Source: Ignicoccus islandicus DSM 13165
GTDB lineage: Archaea; Thermoproteota; Thermoprotei_A; Sulfolobales; Ignicoccaceae
Assembly: GCF_001481685.1 (NCBI RefSeq)
Contig: NZ_CP006867.1
Location: 210,001-242,000 of the forward strand
Direction: 5' to 3'
Length of the DNA: 32,000 nt
How positions within the stretch are numbered: the stretch's first letter is position 1; every line of letters starts with the position of its first letter. Shown here piece after piece: positions 14,899 through 24,104 of the stretch. The notes beneath the pieces were generated by a model. The model made no database searches. It saw only the letters and a list, made by a program, of their open reading frames with translations, and was not told the origin of the DNA. Made by a program: the position numbers and the translations under genes.

Positions 14899-16458
14899 TC
14901 AGATCCCTACGAATCCGTCCGGTAGCTCGGTCGTTATTACGTTCTTCAAGTCCTCGCTAATTCTCTTGGCCTCTTCCAACATGTCAAAGACTTCTACGAT
15001 TCTTCCCTCATTTATTAGGCTTTCCACCTTCTCCTTTATCTCAGCTATCTCCTTTAATCTGCTTAACAGTTCCTCGCAGTTGTCCTTCAGTAGGACGTAT
15101 AAGACCATTTCGGTTAAGTTCGGTAACTTTATACCCAGATCGTCCTCATATTTCTTTAAGTCCTTCAACAAGAGAGCTAAGGCGAACACGCACTCCATTA
15201 TTTCCAGCGCCTTTTCACATCCAAATTTCTCTACTAATGCAACAGAGGTAGGTATTTGAGCCGGTAGCAAATCGCTCGGACTGAGTTCCATTAGGTCTAT
15301 CAATAGGTTGGAGACCTTCTTTATACACAAGCTGTTCTTAGATACTGAGTCGAGCCATTTCTCGAAGTTATCGCAACCGTCCTTTAACGCTTCCACGATG
15401 TCCTCCATGCTCATCAAATCTTTCAAGATTTTCTTCACTACATCCAAATGTTTCAATAAGCATGGTAAGGCGTAAAGGAGCTTCGGACCAAGGTTCCTAA
15501 GCGTTAGGAAATCGTCGATGGGTACGTCGTTCCCAAGCTCGGTAATTATTTCCCACAAGGCTTTCTCTAAGGCCTTACAAAGTATCTTCGCCCTTTCTTC
15601 GCACTTACTCTCCTCAACTATCGACTTCAGTATATTGATTACCTTAGGAGTTCCTATAGTTACCAGTTCACCGCTCTCTAGAATAACTGCAACTTCCGTG
15701 ACCGTTGGGGAGTAGTCTAGCTTTATTGGAATAGACTTGAAATATTCCCTCGCAACTATCTTCCCATCAACTGAGAAAAACGTTAGGGACTTATCGACGT
15801 TATCGGCGACGGCGAACTCGTCTCCCTTAGGGCTCCACTTTAGATCGTTAACTCCTCCTAGGGTAGCTATTTCTTCCAAGTTCAATCTCTCATAGTTAAC
15901 TACCTTGAATACCTTCCCGTTATTGGTGCCTACCACCAAGTAGGGGCCCCACGAAAGCCCGAATATAGGGGAACCGAGTTCCGTTGACCACGTTATCCTG
16001 CCCTCATCTATAACTAATAGCCTACCCTCCATTGTTCCGGCTACAATTATTCCCTTCTTAGCTGCCACGGCAGTTACGTTCAGGCCCACTTGTATAGTTT
16101 CCATTTCAATGCTTCTATTTAATGGAAGTATTGATACCCAGCCGTTGCCGGCAGCTATTACTTTACCATCGCTGTAGGTCAAGGCGTTAACGTCAGATTG
16201 AACCTCGAATTCCTTCTTTACCTTTAGTACGTTATTGAATATAATTACCCTCGAGCTCGATCCGACTACTAAGTCGTCATTAATCCAGAGTAAGTTGTAA
16301 GCTGGCACGTCTACCGTCTTCTCTACTTTCCCTTTCTTCGGTTCAACTAAATAGAAACCCTTAACGCCTAATGCGACTGCTATGTAAGTGTTTCCCCAAG
16401 CTATGTCGGTAGGAGGTGTTAGAAGCCTCACTTGCAACCTCGTTCGTGGGACTTCCAT
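14899..16458 (-). CDS. Hypothetical protein: beta-propeller-like N-half, Cys-containing all-helical C-half
   Basis: 519 aa. Residues 1 to about 270 contain about 7 units of the type hydrophobic strand-G/N-x-G-strand: IAVALGVKGFYLV, DLVVGSSSRVIIF, KVIAAGNGWVSIL, IIVAGTMEGRLLVI, YLVVGTNNGKVFKV, EFAVADNVDKSLTFF, VAVILESGELVTI. Residues from about 275 to 519 are L/K/E-rich and look helical. Confidence 0.65.
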   Translation of the reverse strand: MEVPRTRLQVRLLTPPTDIAWGNTYIAVALGVKGFYLVEPKKGKVEKTVDVPAYNLLWINDDLVVGSSSRVIIFNNVLKVKKEFEVQSDVNALTYSDGKVIAAGNGWVSILPLNRSIEMETIQVGLNVTAVAAKKGIIVAGTMEGRLLVIDEGRITWSTELGSPIFGLSWGPYLVVGTNNGKVFKVVNYERLNLEEIATLGGVNDLKWSPKGDEFAVADNVDKSLTFFSVDGKIVAREYFKSIPIKLDYSPTVTEVAVILESGELVTIGTPKVINILKSIVEESKCEERAKILCKALEKALWEIITELGNDVPIDDFLTLRNLGPKLLYALPCLLKHLDVVKKILKDLMSMEDIVEALKDGCDNFEKWLDSVSKNSLCIKKVSNLLIDLMELSPSDLLPAQIPTSVALVEKFGCEKALEIMECVFALALLLKDLKKYEDDLGIKLPNLTEMVLYVLLKDNCEELLSRLKEIAEIKEKVESLINEGRIVEVFDMLEEAKRISEDLKNVITTELPDGFVGI

Positions 16459-16512
16459 GACTCATCTTCTCGTTACTTCCGATCTGGAGCGATCGATAAT
16501 AGCTTTACGTGC

Positions 16513-17301
16513 CTAAATTCTGAGTTTGTTCGAATGCATATCTAAACCGAGGTCCTTGGGAGATAGACCTAGAGCCAAGCCCACTAGTTGATGCAAATGA
16601 ACTACGGGTTTCCCCCTCACGCTAGTATCAATGTGATATTGGCAGAAGGGACACAGGGTTACTATTACGTCGCTATCTAAGGACCTGCGAACCACCTCAT
16701 GAGCCATTCTCGTCGCATTAGGTTTGTCGTACGTAACTACAGGGAACCCGCAACAGAACTCTATTCTAGGACCTATTTCAACTCCAAGTTTCCTTAGGAT
16801 CCTTTCCATTACTTCAAATACGTCCTTCCCTTTTGCCTTGAAGCCGAACTTAGCTTGACATCCCGGATAGAGGGCTACCTTTAAGTTAGCGAGCGGACGT
16901 AGGACGTGGTCTTCAGTTAACTTCTCGTCTAATATTTCTATGAAGTGAAGCACCTCCATTTTAACTAAGTCCATGTGCTTGCTCTCCATAACCTCCTTAG
17001 TCCTCTCATACAAGTCCTTGTTCCGAAACGCCTCCTCGTTCCACTTTATCAATTGATTGAAACATATACCGCAGGCTGTAAAAACCTTCTCGCAACCTTG
17101 CTCCTTAGCTAGGTAGAGGTTCGAGTTAGCTAATACTGCTGCTCCCAATGGAGATAGGTCCGCTACCATACCGGCTCCGCAACAGCCCCATCCGTCAATT
17201 TCCTTATAGCTGATGCCGAGCTTCCTAGATACTGCTTCAACCGCCTTCTCCATGTCCCTTCCGATACCTTTAGCGCTGCAACCCGGATAGTAACAAAGCA
17301 T
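16513..17301 (-). CDS. HdrB/LutA/SdhC-like Fe-S protein with two CCG domains
   Basis: 262 aa. There are two copies of the pattern YPGC...(W/F)(G/C)CCG...C..C: YYPGCSAK..GCCGAG..ACGICF and LYPGCQAK..FCCGFP..LCPFCQ. Confidence 0.65.
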   Translation of the reverse strand: MLCYYPGCSAKGIGRDMEKAVEAVSRKLGISYKEIDGWGCCGAGMVADLSPLGAAVLANSNLYLAKEQGCEKVFTACGICFNQLIKWNEEAFRNKDLYERTKEVMESKHMDLVKMEVLHFIEILDEKLTEDHVLRPLANLKVALYPGCQAKFGFKAKGKDVFEVMERILRKLGVEIGPRIEFCCGFPVVTYDKPNATRMAHEVVRRSLDSDVIVTLCPFCQYHIDTSVRGKPVVHLHQLVGLALGLSPKDLGLDMHSNKLRI

Positions 17302-17432
17302 TCTAGGGCCCGCGTATCTATTTCGAGCGAGCCCTTTTCAAAGGATGTAGTCGAAGGGCCTCTAAGCACCCTTAATTTGAGTTCGTGAAACATGCTTTAA
17401 GGAAAGAGGCCTTCGTGAGTTGGGATTGAACG

Positions 17433-18920
17433 TTGATTTACGTAACGCCCACGCAGATGAAGATAGTTGAGCTGATAGTTGAGAAAGGTATAATGGATAT
17501 TGATGAGATAGCCAAGGAATTGGGTAAGAAGAGAGAGGACTTAATGAGGGAACTAGCGGAGCTACAAAGAGTTGAATTAGTTGAAGTTGTAACTAGGACC
17601 AAGAAGCTAGCCAAGCTTAACGATAAGGGAGTTATCTACTTGAAGAGACCTCTTCCCGAGGAGGTCGTTCTAGAACTTTTAGAGAAGGGGGACGTTCCAA
17701 TAAGTCAGCTCAAAGACAAGCTGGAAAAAGACGAGATATCAGCTGCTTTAGGTAAGCTAAAGGCGTTCAAAGTTGTAAAGATGGAAAAGGGCGTTTTAAG
17801 GAAAGCTGGCGATGATAAGGAGCTTCGGGAGTATATAAAGAGATTGAAGGAGTGCATTTCGAAGTACAGATTTCCATCTGAACCAGACGACTGCTTCAAG
17901 CTATTGAAGGAAAGGGGATTCGTCGAAACTGAGCAGAGGAAGATAATTGAAATTAAGCCTACCAATAAGTTGATCGAACTTTGGAACCAAGGCAAATTGG
18001 TTGAGAAGGAAGTTGTTACCAAGCTAACTAGCGAAATGATAACTTCTGGTAAGTGGAAGGAGATAACGTTAAAGAAGTTTGACTTAACTATAGAAATGCC
18101 TTCCGCAAGGGGAGGCAAGAGGCACCCGCTAACGGAGCTTTACGACCACGTAAGGGAAGTGTTAATCTCAATGGGTTTCGAAGAAGCTTCGGGGAACTTC
18201 GTTGAGCACGCGTTATGGAACTTCGACGTCCTCCTAGTCCCCCAGTACCACCCGGCCCGCTACGAAACGGACGTCTTCTACGTAGAAAACGCCGAACTTC
18301 CTCGACCCCCAGAGGACGTTATAGAAAGAGCCAAGGCCGTTCATGAAAGGCTATATAGATACAAGTGGGAGGCCCGTGAAGCCCTTAGATTGCTCTTGAG
18401 AACCCATACCACGGCCGTCTCCGCTCATCAAATGTATGAGAGGGGCGATGGAGAGTACAAGGTATTTTCGTTAGATAGGGTATTCAGGTCCGAGACGCTC
18501 GATCAGACTCACTCAATGGAATTCCACCAGCTGGAAGGAATAGTCGTCGGGAGGAACGTGAAGTTCAACCACTTACTTGGTTTCTTCAAGGAGTTCAGTA
18601 AGAAAATGGGTCTCGGAGAAGTGAAGTTCAAGCCAGCTTACTTCCCCTTTACTGAACCTTCAGTTGAAGGGTTCATTAGACATCCCAAGTTAGGTTGGAT
18701 AGAAGTGTTCCCTGGAGGTATGTTTAGACCGGAGCTATTGGAGGTAGTCGGATTGTCCAAGGACTACAAGGTTATTGCATGGGGAATTGGAATAGATAGG
18801 ATAGCAATGATGCTACTGGACTTGGACGACATAAGGGATCTGTATACCAACGACCTAGTTACTATAAGGTCCCTTAAACAACCCTTGAAGGTGATCTTAG
18901 GTGCCAGTAGTAAGGGTTGA
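17433..18920 (+). CDS. pheS: Phenylalanine--tRNA ligase alpha subunit (archaeal type)
   Basis: 495 aa. It has N-terminal repeated wHTH-like modules and class II motifs in the C-half: HPARYETDVFY, LLRTHTTAVS, FRSETLDQTHSMEFHQLEG, FPFTEPS, AWGIGIDR. The start may be TTG 17433 or the in-frame ATG a few codons downstream. Confidence 0.9.
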   Translation: MIYVTPTQMKIVELIVEKGIMDIDEIAKELGKKREDLMRELAELQRVELVEVVTRTKKLAKLNDKGVIYLKRPLPEEVVLELLEKGDVPISQLKDKLEKDEISAALGKLKAFKVVKMEKGVLRKAGDDKELREYIKRLKECISKYRFPSEPDDCFKLLKERGFVETEQRKIIEIKPTNKLIELWNQGKLVEKEVVTKLTSEMITSGKWKEITLKKFDLTIEMPSARGGKRHPLTELYDHVREVLISMGFEEASGNFVEHALWNFDVLLVPQYHPARYETDVFYVENAELPRPPEDVIERAKAVHERLYRYKWEAREALRLLLRTHTTAVSAHQMYERGDGEYKVFSLDRVFRSETLDQTHSMEFHQLEGIVVGRNVKFNHLLGFFKEFSKKMGLGEVKFKPAYFPFTEPSVEGFIRHPKLGWIEVFPGGMFRPELLEVVGLSKDYKVIAWGIGIDRIAMMLLDLDDIRDLYTNDLVTIRSLKQPLKVILGASSKG

Positions 18921-20529
18921 CGTCAACGACCTTAGTAGGATCGCTAAGACCGATTTGGACGCCGAGCGAGTTTCCCAAATCCTTCCCGTACTCAAGGGAG
19001 AAGTCGAAAAGGTGGAGGGAGACGAGATAGAATACGAGGCTTCACACGACAGGGCAGACTTGTTCTCCGCAGAAGGGTTGGGGAGGGCCATTGGAATATT
19101 CCTAGGAAGTAGAGGTAACCCCAAGTACAAGGTAGTTGATTCGGAATACGTCCTGGACTTGAGTAAGGCTCCGTCGTACAGACCTTACGCTATGTTGGCT
19201 ATAGTTAGGAACTTAGAGCTAGATAACGAAGCAATTAGGCAAGTATTTCAACTTCAAGAGAAATTGGCTATAAGCTACGGCGTTCATAGAAAGCTCGTTT
19301 CCGTAGGACTTTACGATCTAAAGTACATTAAGGGTAAGGTAATACGCTACCAGACTCTCCCCCAAGGAAAGTACGTCCCCTTGGATTACGAGGTGGAAAT
19401 GACGTTCGAGGAAGTTTTAGAGAAGACGGAGAAGGGAAGGACATACGGTCACTTAATAAAGAAAGGAGAGTATCCCGTATTAGCTGACGAAGAGAACGTT
19501 CTCTCGTTAGTTCCAATATTGAACGCTAACTATAATAAGGTAACTGAAAATACGAGGGACGTGTTGATTGACGTCACTGGTACTGAACCCTATCTGATGG
19601 CTAGGGTATTGGACGTAATGGTTACGTCCTTAATAGAGCGATCTAACGACCCGGTAATCGAAAGGGTTAAGGCCGTTAGGGGGAACGAAGTGCTCTTCGA
19701 GACGCCTGAACTGCCTATCAAGGAAATCGAGCTTACAATGAAGACCGTAAGGGAGTTCGTCGAAGTAAATATCGATTTAGAGAAAGCTAAGGACTTGCTG
19801 AACAAGATGGGGTTAGAAGCGAAGGTAGTTGAAGGAAAGGTAAAGGTCAGTGTACCTCCATATAGAATAGACGTTCACGGGGAGGTCGACTTGATCGAAG
19901 ACTTGATTTCAGCCTATGGCTACAACGAGTTGGAAACCTTAAGGGACAGCGTAGTAGACTACGGAGAACTAACTCCCATGACCAAGCTGGTTAGGTTCGT
20001 CTCGGACAAACTCGTCTCGTTGGGCTTAGTTGAGGTGTTCAACTTCTCTTTAACGAGCTCCGAACTCCTAGAATTGTTAGGTGAGAACAACTTCGTGAAA
20101 ATAGTCAATCCTAGGATGAAGAGTTACGACTCCGTCAGAACGAGCCTAGTTCCCTCGCTGCTCCTTACAGCACTAGAGAACCAGAAGTCCCACTCAAAGT
20201 TCAAGGCATTCGAGGTCGGGGACGTCCTAGTAAACGAAGGGTATACGAGAAGGGAGAAGAGATTGGGGATACTCCTTTACGGAGACTTCACTTTGACTGA
20301 TGCGATATCGCACCTAAACGCGCTCTTCGAGGAACTAGGGCTTAAGGCGAAGTACGTTGAACGAGAAATTCCATACTTCATCCCCGAGAGGAGCGCAAAG
20401 GTCGTAATAGGAAATATAGAGGTAGGTTCGGTTGGAGAAGTGAACCCCCAGATCCTCGTCAGCTTAGGCGTGAAGGCACCGGTAACTATAGCCGAGATAT
20501 CTCTAGATAAGATATTGGAATTATTTTAG
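18901..20529 (+). CDS. pheT: Phenylalanine--tRNA ligase beta subunit (archaeal type)
   Basis: 542 aa with a GTG start. The N-terminus MPVVRVDVNDL is typical of archaeal PheT. It overlaps the end of pheS by 20 nt, which supports an operon. Confidence 0.9.
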   Translation: MPVVRVDVNDLSRIAKTDLDAERVSQILPVLKGEVEKVEGDEIEYEASHDRADLFSAEGLGRAIGIFLGSRGNPKYKVVDSEYVLDLSKAPSYRPYAMLAIVRNLELDNEAIRQVFQLQEKLAISYGVHRKLVSVGLYDLKYIKGKVIRYQTLPQGKYVPLDYEVEMTFEEVLEKTEKGRTYGHLIKKGEYPVLADEENVLSLVPILNANYNKVTENTRDVLIDVTGTEPYLMARVLDVMVTSLIERSNDPVIERVKAVRGNEVLFETPELPIKEIELTMKTVREFVEVNIDLEKAKDLLNKMGLEAKVVEGKVKVSVPPYRIDVHGEVDLIEDLISAYGYNELETLRDSVVDYGELTPMTKLVRFVSDKLVSLGLVEVFNFSLTSSELLELLGENNFVKIVNPRMKSYDSVRTSLVPSLLLTALENQKSHSKFKAFEVGDVLVNEGYTRREKRLGILLYGDFTLTDAISHLNALFEELGLKAKYVEREIPYFIPERSAKVVIGNIEVGSVGEVNPQILVSLGVKAPVTIAEISLDKILELF

Positions 20530-20585
20530 ACTGTCGTCTAAACACCGTTTAAGAAAATGTCTTAAGTTGTCCTCTAAAGAGCTCC

Positions 20586-21644
20586 GTGGGTGAACGTATC
20601 TCGTCAGTCGGAATTTCCGGTTGGGGCGCTTACGTACCTATTTATAGAATAAGAGGAGAGGAAATAGCTGAACATTGGGAAGGCGATCCTTCCGTTCCGT
20701 TAGGCCTAGGCGTGCCGGAGAAGTCTGTAGCGGGAATAGATGAGGACAACATTACTATGGCGTGGGAAGCGGCGAAGAACGCGCTAACTAGGTCTCAAAT
20801 AGCTCCAAGCGAAATAGGCATGGTATTCATTGGTTCTGAATCGAAACCATATGCTGTAAAACCGTCTGCTGTTGTAATTGCAGAGGCGCTGGGAATAACC
20901 CCCCATACCATGGCAATAGACGCCGAATTCGCGTGTAGAGCTGGAAGCGAGGGCTTGAGGCACGCCTTTTCAATGGTTAACGAGGGAGCTATCGAAGCCG
21001 CTTTAATAATTGGGAGCGATACTGCCCAAGGAGCTCCAGGAGACGTCTTGGAATACACAGCTGCTTCCGGTGCGGCTGCATTCGTTGTTTCTAAAAAGAA
21101 CGTAGTTGCGAAGCTACTGGACGCGGTCACGTACGTTACAGATACGCCCGATTTCTGGAGGAGGGAGCTTTCTCCATACCCTAGACATGGCGAAGGGTTC
21201 ACCGGGGAACCGGCTTACTTCCATCACTTAACCTCCGCTATAAGGGAGTTAATGGAGAGGAACGGCTTGAGTCCCAATGACGTGACCTACTTCGTTCCGC
21301 ACCAACCAAACGCGAGGTTTCCTCTGAAGTTAGCGTCCAAATTAGGCTTCCCAAAAGAGAAGGTCCTCCCAGCGCTAACCACTGCGAAGATAGGTAATAC
21401 GTACAACGCTTCTGCCTTCATAGGAATGACTAGGATACTAGATATGGCCAAGCCCGGAGAGATCGTTCTCATGGCACCCTTCGGCTCAGGAGCCGGTGCC
21501 GATGCGTACTTATTCGAAATTACTGATAGGGTAGAAGAGGTTTCCGGGCTAGCGCCTCCAACTGATTCATATATAGAAAGAAAGGTCTACATAGGATACG
21601 GTAGGTACTTGAAGTTCAGGAATAAGATAAAGAGGTTGATATGA
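20586..21644 (+). CDS. Hydroxymethylglutaryl-CoA synthase (archaeal)
   Basis: 352 aa with a GTG start. Catalytic-type motifs are present: GSESKPY (Glu), DAEFACRAGS (Cys), VPHQPN (His) and GNTYNAS (Asn). Confidence 0.85.
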   Translation: MGERISSVGISGWGAYVPIYRIRGEEIAEHWEGDPSVPLGLGVPEKSVAGIDEDNITMAWEAAKNALTRSQIAPSEIGMVFIGSESKPYAVKPSAVVIAEALGITPHTMAIDAEFACRAGSEGLRHAFSMVNEGAIEAALIIGSDTAQGAPGDVLEYTAASGAAAFVVSKKNVVAKLLDAVTYVTDTPDFWRRELSPYPRHGEGFTGEPAYFHHLTSAIRELMERNGLSPNDVTYFVPHQPNARFPLKLASKLGFPKEKVLPALTTAKIGNTYNASAFIGMTRILDMAKPGEIVLMAPFGSGAGADAYLFEITDRVEEVSGLAPPTDSYIERKVYIGYGRYLKFRNKIKRLI

Positions 21645-22711
21645 TGTACGTATGCGACGTCGCAGTTAGACCAATAGGCAGAGAATATTCGAAGAGCACA
21701 CTGGACATGGCCCTCGAAGTTTCGTCGAAAGTAATTGACTCTTGCGGCGAGCCAGAAGCAATAGTTTTCTCGACCTACGCGTCTACGTTCCAGGAGAAGT
21801 TCGGGAATATAGCATTCGCTCTGGCGGAAGCTCTAGGTTTGGATGCGGAAACGTACGAAGTTAGGGCCGGTGATGGTAGCGGTGGCGCGGCCATTGCGGT
21901 AGGCACCAAGCTAGTAAAGGCTGGATTCAAGAAAGTGCTCGTAGTTGGCGCCGATAAGACTAACGACTTCCACTCGAAGCACGCCGTGTCCCATCTAAGG
22001 ACCCTAATTCAACCCTACGAGACCATTTACGGCTTGACTTACTCCGCCGTTCACGCTTTGGCTGCTAAACTTTACATGAAGAAGTACGGCGTCTCCCACG
22101 AGGACTTGCTGCAGTGGGCCGTCCTAATGCACGATCACGCCACCGAGGTCCCACACGCGCAATTGAAGTTTCAGATAAACTTGAAGAAGGCACTAAACGG
22201 TACTATCGTTTCGGAACCACTTAATTTGTTCGATTCGCATCCGTTTAGCGATGGAGCCGCTGCAGTAATGATAACGTCCGAAAGCGCTCCGGTGAAAATA
22301 GAGACTGCCTCGGCCACCCACGTCCTATCTGTCTCTAAGCGAGATCTAACCTTCATGTATTCCACTAAGAAGGCAATTGAAAGGCTTGGCGTAGACGTTG
22401 AGTCCATTGAAGGTTTCGAGGTCTACGACCCGTTCTCAATAGCTGGTATAATAGCCTTGGAGTCCTTGGGACTGGCCGAGAGGGGCGAGGGACTAAAGGT
22501 TCTAGACGAGATGCCGAACGCGATAAATCCCTCTGGCGGCTTGAAGGCCAGAGGTCACCCAATCGGTGCAACTGGAGTATATCAAGTAGCGGAGGGGTTC
22601 TTGGCCGTAACGGAGGGGTTAGGCAAATTAGGTAAAGTATCAACCTTCCTAACTCACGCAACGAATTTGTTTGGTGCTTCAACGTACTTAACTTTACTGA
22701 AGGAGGTGTGA
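21641..22711 (+). CDS. Thiolase-like protein (SCP-x/archaeal acetoacetyl-CoA thiolase family) lacking the canonical nucleophilic Cys
   Basis: 356 aa with an ATGA overlap to the HMGCS gene. It has NPSGGLKARGHPIGATG and VLVVGADK thiolase-type motifs. At the expected ..AACASGG.. position it reads RAGDGSGG (Asp78, codon 21872-21874). The only Cys residues are at positions 5 and 35. Confidence 0.7.
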   Translation: MMYVCDVAVRPIGREYSKSTLDMALEVSSKVIDSCGEPEAIVFSTYASTFQEKFGNIAFALAEALGLDAETYEVRAGDGSGGAAIAVGTKLVKAGFKKVLVVGADKTNDFHSKHAVSHLRTLIQPYETIYGLTYSAVHALAAKLYMKKYGVSHEDLLQWAVLMHDHATEVPHAQLKFQINLKKALNGTIVSEPLNLFDSHPFSDGAAAVMITSESAPVKIETASATHVLSVSKRDLTFMYSTKKAIERLGVDVESIEGFEVYDPFSIAGIIALESLGLAERGEGLKVLDEMPNAINPSGGLKARGHPIGATGVYQVAEGFLAVTEGLGKLGKVSTFLTHATNLFGASTYLTLLKEV

Positions 22712-22715
22712 AGGT

Positions 22716-23114
22716 ATGGACGTGAGTCCCGCGAGATTATGGAGGGAAAAGGAGTTCGCCTACAAACTATCAGTCTTAAAATGTGAGAAATGTGGATGGA
22801 CGTACGTTGGTAACCTAGAGAAGTGTCCTAAGTGCGGCTCCCCCCTAAGGAGGGTCCAAATGCCCAAGAAAGGGAAAGTGATCTCTTGGACCAAGCTAGT
22901 CCAAGTACCGGAGGAGCTAGAGGACTTCGCGCCGATATATTTGGCCCTAATAGAATTGGAAGACGGTAGTACTGTAGTGAGTCGCTTAGTTGACGTTATC
23001 GGCGAACCCACCGATGGCATGGAGGTTGAGGCCGTCTTGAGGAGGCTTAGGGTGGATGGGGTTTCGGGGTTAATTGAATACGGCTTGGTCTTTAGACCAG
23101 TCTTGAATAGATAG
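22716..23114 (+). CDS. DUF35 family zinc-ribbon/OB-fold protein (scaffold of the archaeal thiolase/HMGCS complex)
   Basis: 132 aa. It has a rubredoxin-like CEKCG..CPKCGS motif followed by an OB-like segment, and it sits immediately downstream of the HMGCS and thiolase-like genes. Confidence 0.8.
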   Translation: MDVSPARLWREKEFAYKLSVLKCEKCGWTYVGNLEKCPKCGSPLRRVQMPKKGKVISWTKLVQVPEELEDFAPIYLALIELEDGSTVVSRLVDVIGEPTDGMEVEAVLRRLRVDGVSGLIEYGLVFRPVLNR

Positions 23115-24005
23115 GACCTTTTTGAGCACTTCCCAAGAGCTCGAAGCGTAAGAATAGTTAACCGCTTCCGGGACGTCTAGATCCGAATGATATATTTCGA
23201 AGAGCTTCTCCCAATCGGACGTTATTCCGACTGCCTTACTCAAGAAGTTCTCGTTACGAAACGGGAGTAACTCCCTCAAGTCCTCTAGATTCCTGGTAAC
23301 AATAGGTTCGCTCAAACCTATCGAGTCGTACGCAACTATTACTTCCGATCTCTCTAGTACGTCTTTAAACTCGTTTTCGAGGTGTCGGAAACCGTAACCC
23401 CAGTATATGGGCCACTCGTCCGAGAGCTCATCGGGGGCTGAAAAGACAATGAGGTTCTTAGAGAGATCTATTTCCGTTATTCTCTCTAAGGTAATTGCGA
23501 CCGCTGCCCCGTTGTCCACGGAGCCTCCTCCGAAGGAATCGTAGTGAATGAAGACTGTTCCAACCGGGTCCTCGAGGTTGCCGACGAGCACTTCCGTGAA
23601 GGGGTACTCCTTCCAAGTCACTTCTATCTCTCCGCCCGAACCCTCCCAAACTTTCCGAACGTCCTTACGCGAAACAGTTATTGAGGGAACCTTGGTGTAC
23701 AGCGCAGTAGATATTGAGGGGCACTTAGAGTTGTAAAGGAACGCCGCTTCGCTAGGTATCTCGTCCCGTTTGAAGAGCTCGTATGTATCGAACGCTACCG
23801 GTTCGACCGAGCCGCTTTCGAATCCCGTCGGTTTGCAAGGAACCCTTTCATCGAATACCTCGCATTTCAGATACACTGGTAAGCGGACCTTGCCCGTTAC
23901 TTCGTAGTACGAAACACCCCTCTTAGAGAGCTCTTCCTTGATGAACTCGGCCGTCTTTTCAATGTTCTCGTAAAGCCTGGGGCTGAGGTCGTAAAGTTTC
24001 CTCAA
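23070..24005 (-). CDS. M28-family peptidase-like protein
   Basis: 311 aa. FIHYDSFGGGSVDNGAAVAITLE matches the M28 H.D....G..DN.sG.a..lE metal-ligand block. The usual downstream EE pair appears as DELSDE. Confidence 0.5.
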   Translation of the reverse strand: MRKLYDLSPRLYENIEKTAEFIKEELSKRGVSYYEVTGKVRLPVYLKCEVFDERVPCKPTGFESGSVEPVAFDTYELFKRDEIPSEAAFLYNSKCPSISTALYTKVPSITVSRKDVRKVWEGSGGEIEVTWKEYPFTEVLVGNLEDPVGTVFIHYDSFGGGSVDNGAAVAITLERITEIDLSKNLIVFSAPDELSDEWPIYWGYGFRHLENEFKDVLERSEVIVAYDSIGLSEPIVTRNLEDLRELLPFRNENFLSKAVGITSDWEKLFEIYHSDLDVPEAVNYSYASSSWEVLKKVLSIQDWSKDQAVFN

Positions 24006-24056
24006 GTACTCAATGAACGAGAAGATCTCACCTGCTAGTTACCGGTTTCTTATTCC

Positions 24057-24064
24057 TTTATAAA
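24057..24064. promoter_or_regulatory. Palindromic TATA-like element TTTATAAA between the divergent M28-like and rgy genes
   Basis: It is the only strong A/T box in the 99-nt divergent intergenic region. It lies about 45 nt from the rgy TTG and about 55 nt from the M28-like ATG. Confidence 0.3.
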
Positions 24065-24104
24065 GCTGTGAATGCGGGCTAGATTCTGAAAGGGTAACAG
24101 TGAG

